A DNA stretch of 64,000 nt, from the NCBI GenBank assembly GCA_949878575.1, contig CATLAX010000001.1, positions 320,220 through 384,219 on the forward strand, written 5' to 3'. Source of the DNA: an uncultured Alphaproteobacteria bacterium. GTDB lineage: Bacteria > Pseudomonadota > Alphaproteobacteria > Rs-D84. Positions 60,159 through 64,000 of the stretch are shown here, one piece after another (the stretch's first letter is position 1; the number at the start of each line of letters is the position of its first letter). Both the position numbers and the translations under genes were made by a program. The notes beneath the pieces were generated by a model. It was not told the origin of the DNA and ran no database searches. It saw only the letters and a program-made list of their open reading frames with translations.

Positions 60159-60554
60159 ATGCAGATGCGTTTTAAGTATGGAAATTTGTCAAAGCCGGCG
60201 CTGTGTCTGCTGATGCCGATAATGGCGGCGTGCGGCCGTTCGAACAATGGTGATGTTACCGCCGAAATTGAAGAGGCCAACCGATCTTATGATTCCATTG
60301 TCGCGTTGTGCGATAAAACAGATGCCCATAATGAACGGCTGATGGCGTCGCTGATTTTGTTGGAATCGGATTATGGTGCGCATTATGTAAACTGTCGTGT
60401 AAAAAATCCTAAGATTACGGAGTGCAAGAAAAAACAAATGCGTCTGATATGTGACAGTTTGTTAATAAACGCTTTGCAAAAGAGGGCCTTGATAGATGAA
60501 AAAATAATGCTGCAGGCGCGTTTGCAACAGCTGCGCATGCAAAAAGACAAATAA
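60159..60554 (+). CDS. Lipoprotein, unknown function
   Basis: Lipobox MAACG, followed by a bidirectional terminator. Confidence 0.35.
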   Translation: MQMRFKYGNLSKPALCLLMPIMAACGRSNNGDVTAEIEEANRSYDSIVALCDKTDAHNERLMASLILLESDYGAHYVNCRVKNPKITECKKKQMRLICDSLLINALQKRALIDEKIMLQARLQQLRMQKDK

Positions 60555-60580
60555 AAACGCCCGTTCGGGCGTTTTTATTT
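60555..60580. terminator. Bidirectional terminator
   Basis: aaaaacgcccgttcgggcgtttttatttt. Confidence 0.7.
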
Positions 60581-61036
60581 TAAACTTTCAGCGGCGGTGC
60601 GCGCCAATTCGTCACAGCGCTCGTTCATTTCTTCGCCGGCGTGTCCCTTGCACCAATGCCAATGAATTTTTATCTTTGACGCCGCCTCGTCCAGGGCCAT
60701 CCACAGGTCTTGGTTTTTTACGGGCTTTTTATCGGCCGTGCGCCAGTTGTTGCGTTTCCAGTTGCGCATCCACGACTGCATGCCGTTTTTTACATATTGG
60801 CTGTCGGTGTGTATTTCAACCTCTGCATGGCGGCGCGCCGCGGTCAGCGCACGCAGCACCGCCATCAGTTCCATTCTGTTGTTTGTCGTGTCGCGTTCGG
60901 CGCCGCAACGCTCAGCGGTATCTTTTCCGTTTGTTGCCACAAATGCCCAGCCACCGGGGCCCGGGTTGCCCAAACAGCTGCCGTCGGTCCATATTTTTAA
61001 CATTTTTTTAATATCCTTTTTGTGATATAATATCAT
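60575..61036 (-). CDS. rnhA: Ribonuclease HI
   Basis: KIWTDGSCLGNPGPGGWAFV ... ELMAV ... HTDSQYV ... WHWCKGHAG. Confidence 0.9.
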   Translation of the reverse strand: MILYHKKDIKKMLKIWTDGSCLGNPGPGGWAFVATNGKDTAERCGAERDTTNNRMELMAVLRALTAARRHAEVEIHTDSQYVKNGMQSWMRNWKRNNWRTADKKPVKNQDLWMALDEAASKIKIHWHWCKGHAGEEMNERCDELARTAAESLK

Positions 61037-61039
61037 AAA

Positions 61040-62833
61040 ATGATGTACGATTCCAAAGATTTGAAAGAAATGTCAAACGCGGTGCGTGCGGACGCGCTGC
61101 GCTCTATTATTTCCGCGCGCAGCGGACATGTGGGCATCGTCCTGGGGGCGGCCGATGTTGTGACGGATGTGTATGCGAATTTTCTGCGGCCGGGAACGGA
61201 TGTGTTTGTTTTGTCCGCCGGTCATGGCAGTGCGCTGTTATATTCCGTTTTACGGCTGTCCGGGTACATGTTGCCGCCTGTGAATTCATTCCGGCAAATT
61301 GATGGTTTGCCCGGACATCCGGAATTCGGAATACCCGGGGTGTATGCGACAACGGGACCGCTGGGCCAGGGAATCGGGAATGCGGCCGGTCTGGCCATGG
61401 CGGCCAAACTGCGTAAGCAGGACGGCCGCGTGTATTGTCTGTGCAGTGACGGCGACTTGATGGAGGGTGTCGCGCAGGAGTCGGTTGCCTTTGCCGGGCG
61501 GTACGGTTTGGACAATCTTGTTTTGATTTGGGACGACAACGGGGTCAGCATAGACGGTGCGGCCCAGACTGATATTGATGTTCCCGCCCGGATGGAGGCC
61601 GCCGGATGGCATGTCATGTCAATAGACGGTCATGATTTTGAACAAATTACAGATGCGTTGGATGATGCCGGCGATTGTGACAGACCTGTATTTATTCAGG
61701 CGAAAACAGTTTTGGGCCGCGGAACATCCGCGGCCGGCACGCCGCGTGCGCACGGCCTGGGGATAAAAATAGAAGAGCTGCAGGCGTTGGCGAATACTTT
61801 TTCATCCGACAGGGGATTGCAGTTGTGGAACGAGGTTGCCGGGCGTTTTGGTCGTGATGCGGGGGGGCGCGCGGCGTGGCCTGTGCCGGATATGGGGGGC
61901 GCGGCGCTGGATATTGATGCCGGCGCACAGATTTCCACGCGTGAACTGTCCGGGGATTTTTTAAGACAGATGCTGGCCGCGGGCGCGGATCTGGTTGTCG
62001 GCAGCGCCGATCTGGGGAGCAGCACAAATCTAAAAAGTGACGCCACGCATGATATAACAGCGGAAAATTTTACGGGCAATTATATAAATTACGGCGTGCG
62101 GGAACACGCGATGGGTGCGGTTATGAACGGGCTGGTTGCGGCCGGTATGCGGGCGGTCGGCGGAACGTTTCTTGTCTTTTCGGATTATATGCGCCCCAGC
62201 ATACGTCTGGCCGCGTTGTCGTGTCTGCCGGTGATATATGTTTTTACGCATGACAGTATCGCCGTTGGCGAAGACGGTCCCACGCATCAGCCCATAGAAC
62301 AGTTGCCTTCATTGCGTTTAATGCCGAATTTGAATGTTTTTCGGCCGTGCAACGGGGCAGAGGTTGTTTATGCATGGACAGAGGCTTTGTCGGATACTTC
62401 GCGTCCGTCGTGTCTGATTTTGTCGCGGCAGAAAATATCACAGGTTGCGACGCCTGTAAACGCAGATATTACGCGCGGCGGATATGTTATGCGTCCGGCG
62501 GCGCGTCGTGCGCGTGTGACGATTATAGCAACCGGTTCTGAGGTTCCGCTGGCGTTGGATGTGGCGGGCCGTCTGGGTGACGACGTTCAGGTGGTCAGCA
62601 TGCCGTGTGTTTCGCGGTTTCGTGCGCAGCCGGCGGAATACAAGGCTGATGTTCTGCGCGGATATATCGTTGCAATAGAGGCCGCGGCGTCCGCGGCATG
62701 GTTTGAATTTGCCGATGCTGTCGTTGGAATTGACGAGTTTGGGATTTCCGGGCTGGGCGATGCCGTATACAAACGCGGCGGATTTGACGCGGACATAATC
62801 GCGCGGCAAATACGGCGGAAACTAAAAAAGTGA
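61040..62833 (+). CDS. tkt: Transketolase (short form)
   Basis: TPP-binding region GHGSALLYS...GPLGQG...DGDLMEG and THDSIAVGEDGPTHQPIEQL. Confidence 0.85.
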   Translation: MMYDSKDLKEMSNAVRADALRSIISARSGHVGIVLGAADVVTDVYANFLRPGTDVFVLSAGHGSALLYSVLRLSGYMLPPVNSFRQIDGLPGHPEFGIPGVYATTGPLGQGIGNAAGLAMAAKLRKQDGRVYCLCSDGDLMEGVAQESVAFAGRYGLDNLVLIWDDNGVSIDGAAQTDIDVPARMEAAGWHVMSIDGHDFEQITDALDDAGDCDRPVFIQAKTVLGRGTSAAGTPRAHGLGIKIEELQALANTFSSDRGLQLWNEVAGRFGRDAGGRAAWPVPDMGGAALDIDAGAQISTRELSGDFLRQMLAAGADLVVGSADLGSSTNLKSDATHDITAENFTGNYINYGVREHAMGAVMNGLVAAGMRAVGGTFLVFSDYMRPSIRLAALSCLPVIYVFTHDSIAVGEDGPTHQPIEQLPSLRLMPNLNVFRPCNGAEVVYAWTEALSDTSRPSCLILSRQKISQVATPVNADITRGGYVMRPAARRARVTIIATGSEVPLALDVAGRLGDDVQVVSMPCVSRFRAQPAEYKADVLRGYIVAIEAAASAAWFEFADAVVGIDEFGISGLGDAVYKRGGFDADIIARQIRRKLKK

Positions 62834-63537
62834 TGTCGGTTTCAACATATGTTTTTACAACATCAGACGGGGAAGAAATACCTGTACATGTTGCCGCGCG
62901 TCGCGGAATTCGCAATATAACATTGCGGCCAAAGGTGGGTGCGACGCGTGAAATACATATTTCAAAGCCGTGGTTGGTGCGTGACGCGGCGGCACTGCGT
63001 TTTTTGGAATTAAAGCGGCGCTGGGTTGAAGGTGTGTTCGGGCGTGCGCCGGTGCGTGAACGTGTGCGGCCCGGAATGTGTCTGGAAATCTTTGGCCGTA
63101 TTGTCGCCATAGAACATGATGCATCGCAACATTCAAATACGTACAGTCCTGACGGTCTGCACTTGATTATAGGGGGTGGGGCGGATATGTTTGAACGCCG
63201 CCTGCGCGATGTTATAAAGAAAGAGTTTGTGTCAGAGGCAAAAAAAATGATTCATACTTGCCCGCGGGAGTTGTGGCCGCGGCGAATCGCGGTTAAAGAC
63301 ACGACGTCGCGCTGGGGCAGCTGTTCCAGCACGGGGACAATCTCTTTTTCTTGGCGTCTGGCCTTTGCGCCGCCTGATGTTATGCGGTATGTCGTCATGC
63401 ATGAAATGGCGCATCGCAGGCATATGGACCATTCGCCAGAGTTTTGGGCGACCGTATCGGAACTGTATGGTTTCGGTGTGGAACGGGCAAAGCGCTGGCT
63501 GAATGTGCATGGCGGCGAATTGCACAAATTTTTGTGA
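62830..63537 (+). CDS. YgjP/DUF45-family (WLM-like) metal-dependent hydrolase
   Basis: C-terminal HEMAH motif (VVMHEMAHRRHMDHSPEFW). Confidence 0.7.
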   Translation: MMSVSTYVFTTSDGEEIPVHVAARRGIRNITLRPKVGATREIHISKPWLVRDAAALRFLELKRRWVEGVFGRAPVRERVRPGMCLEIFGRIVAIEHDASQHSNTYSPDGLHLIIGGGADMFERRLRDVIKKEFVSEAKKMIHTCPRELWPRRIAVKDTTSRWGSCSSTGTISFSWRLAFAPPDVMRYVVMHEMAHRRHMDHSPEFWATVSELYGFGVERAKRWLNVHGGELHKFL

Positions 63538-63726
63538 CGCTTGTTTTTTGTTGAAATATCAGAACAATGCGCTAAAATTAAAGAGATGTGTAATTTGAAT
63601 TTCTTTTTGTCGTTAATTTATCATTTCCGTCATGCGGCGTATTAGCTATTTTTGTTATATTGTGATATAATCAGAACTCAGAACGTTAATCGCGCAATAG
63701 CCGCAAAAAACATATAGGATTTCATT

Positions 63727-64000
63727 ATGGATTTAAAGCCTACAAAACCACTGTCCGGATTTGTTGAATTACTGCCCGCGGCGCAGCGTTGTTTTGATTA
63801 TTGTGCGGGCCGCATGCTAAATGTGTTGCAGAATTCCGGGTTTTCTGTTCTGGATCTGCCGGCGATAGAACGGGCCGAGGTTTTGACCGACAAGGATAAC
63901 TGGGACGAAATAGAAACACAGATGTTCCTGTTTCAAAAAGGCGAGACAAAAATGGGCCTGCGTTATGACGGAACCGTTGGTCTGGCGCGCTATGTCGCCG
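63727..64000 (+). CDS. hisS: Histidyl-tRNA synthetase or HisZ, N-terminal part (the gene runs off the window end)
   Basis: MDLKPTKPLSGFVELLP...GFSVLDLPAIERAEVL...EIETQMFLFQKGETKMGLRYDGTVGLAR follows the class II HisRS N-terminal pattern. Confidence 0.55.
   Translation, partial: MDLKPTKPLSGFVELLPAAQRCFDYCAGRMLNVLQNSGFSVLDLPAIERAEVLTDKDNWDEIETQMFLFQKGETKMGLRYDGTVGLARYVA

Overview
This is a gene-dense, G+C-rich chromosomal window from a Gram-negative bacterium, probably proteobacterial (lptC/lptB, OmpA, TolC, autotransporter, CarD/CdnL, RodZ-like, DDIPF-tailed SSB). Housekeeping genes (rpsB-tsf, tyrS, eno, ssb, rho, uvrA, rlmE, rnhA, tkt, a single-chain PFOR) are interleaved with accessory material.

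The standout is a complete, compact type II-C CRISPR-Cas locus at about 37.8-43.0 kb.
- It has a divergently transcribed predicted tracrRNA with a near-consensus sigma70 promoter, a 22-nt anti-repeat and an intrinsic terminator.
- cas9 encodes 1023 aa with RuvC-I/II/III and HNH motifs intact, followed by cas1 and cas2.
- The array has 11 repeats (36 bp) and 10 unique 30-bp spacers.
- Each repeat carries an extended -10 element (TGATATAAT) on the minus strand, so crRNAs are predicted to be made leader-independently and antisense to the cas genes, as in Neisseria/Campylobacter II-C systems.
- The locus is visibly AT-rich relative to its flanks and lies immediately downstream of tRNA-Pro, suggesting horizontal acquisition.

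Other observations worth follow-up:
- A family of 65-80 nt hairpin repeats (GGTTGGAGG...TTATTCAATAYATTCAC...CCTCCAACC) has covarying stems. Six copies sit in three intergenic clusters, two clusters directly upstream of paralogous XRE-family regulators, and a second covarying hairpin completes a tandem composite unit.
- A free-standing SRP54 (Ffh) M-domain ORF is fused by start/stop overlap to uvrA.
- A Fic protein has a degenerate active-site motif (QPFDDFNKRTAR).
- A 1715-aa autotransporter is present.
- An orphan serine recombinase lies between an alpha-2-macroglobulin gene (cut by the window start and absent from the ORF track) and an S8 protease.
- An ABC-2/HlyD/TolC exporter operon sits next to the array.
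- Two or three kinase-fold (APH-like) proteins are present, one degenerate.
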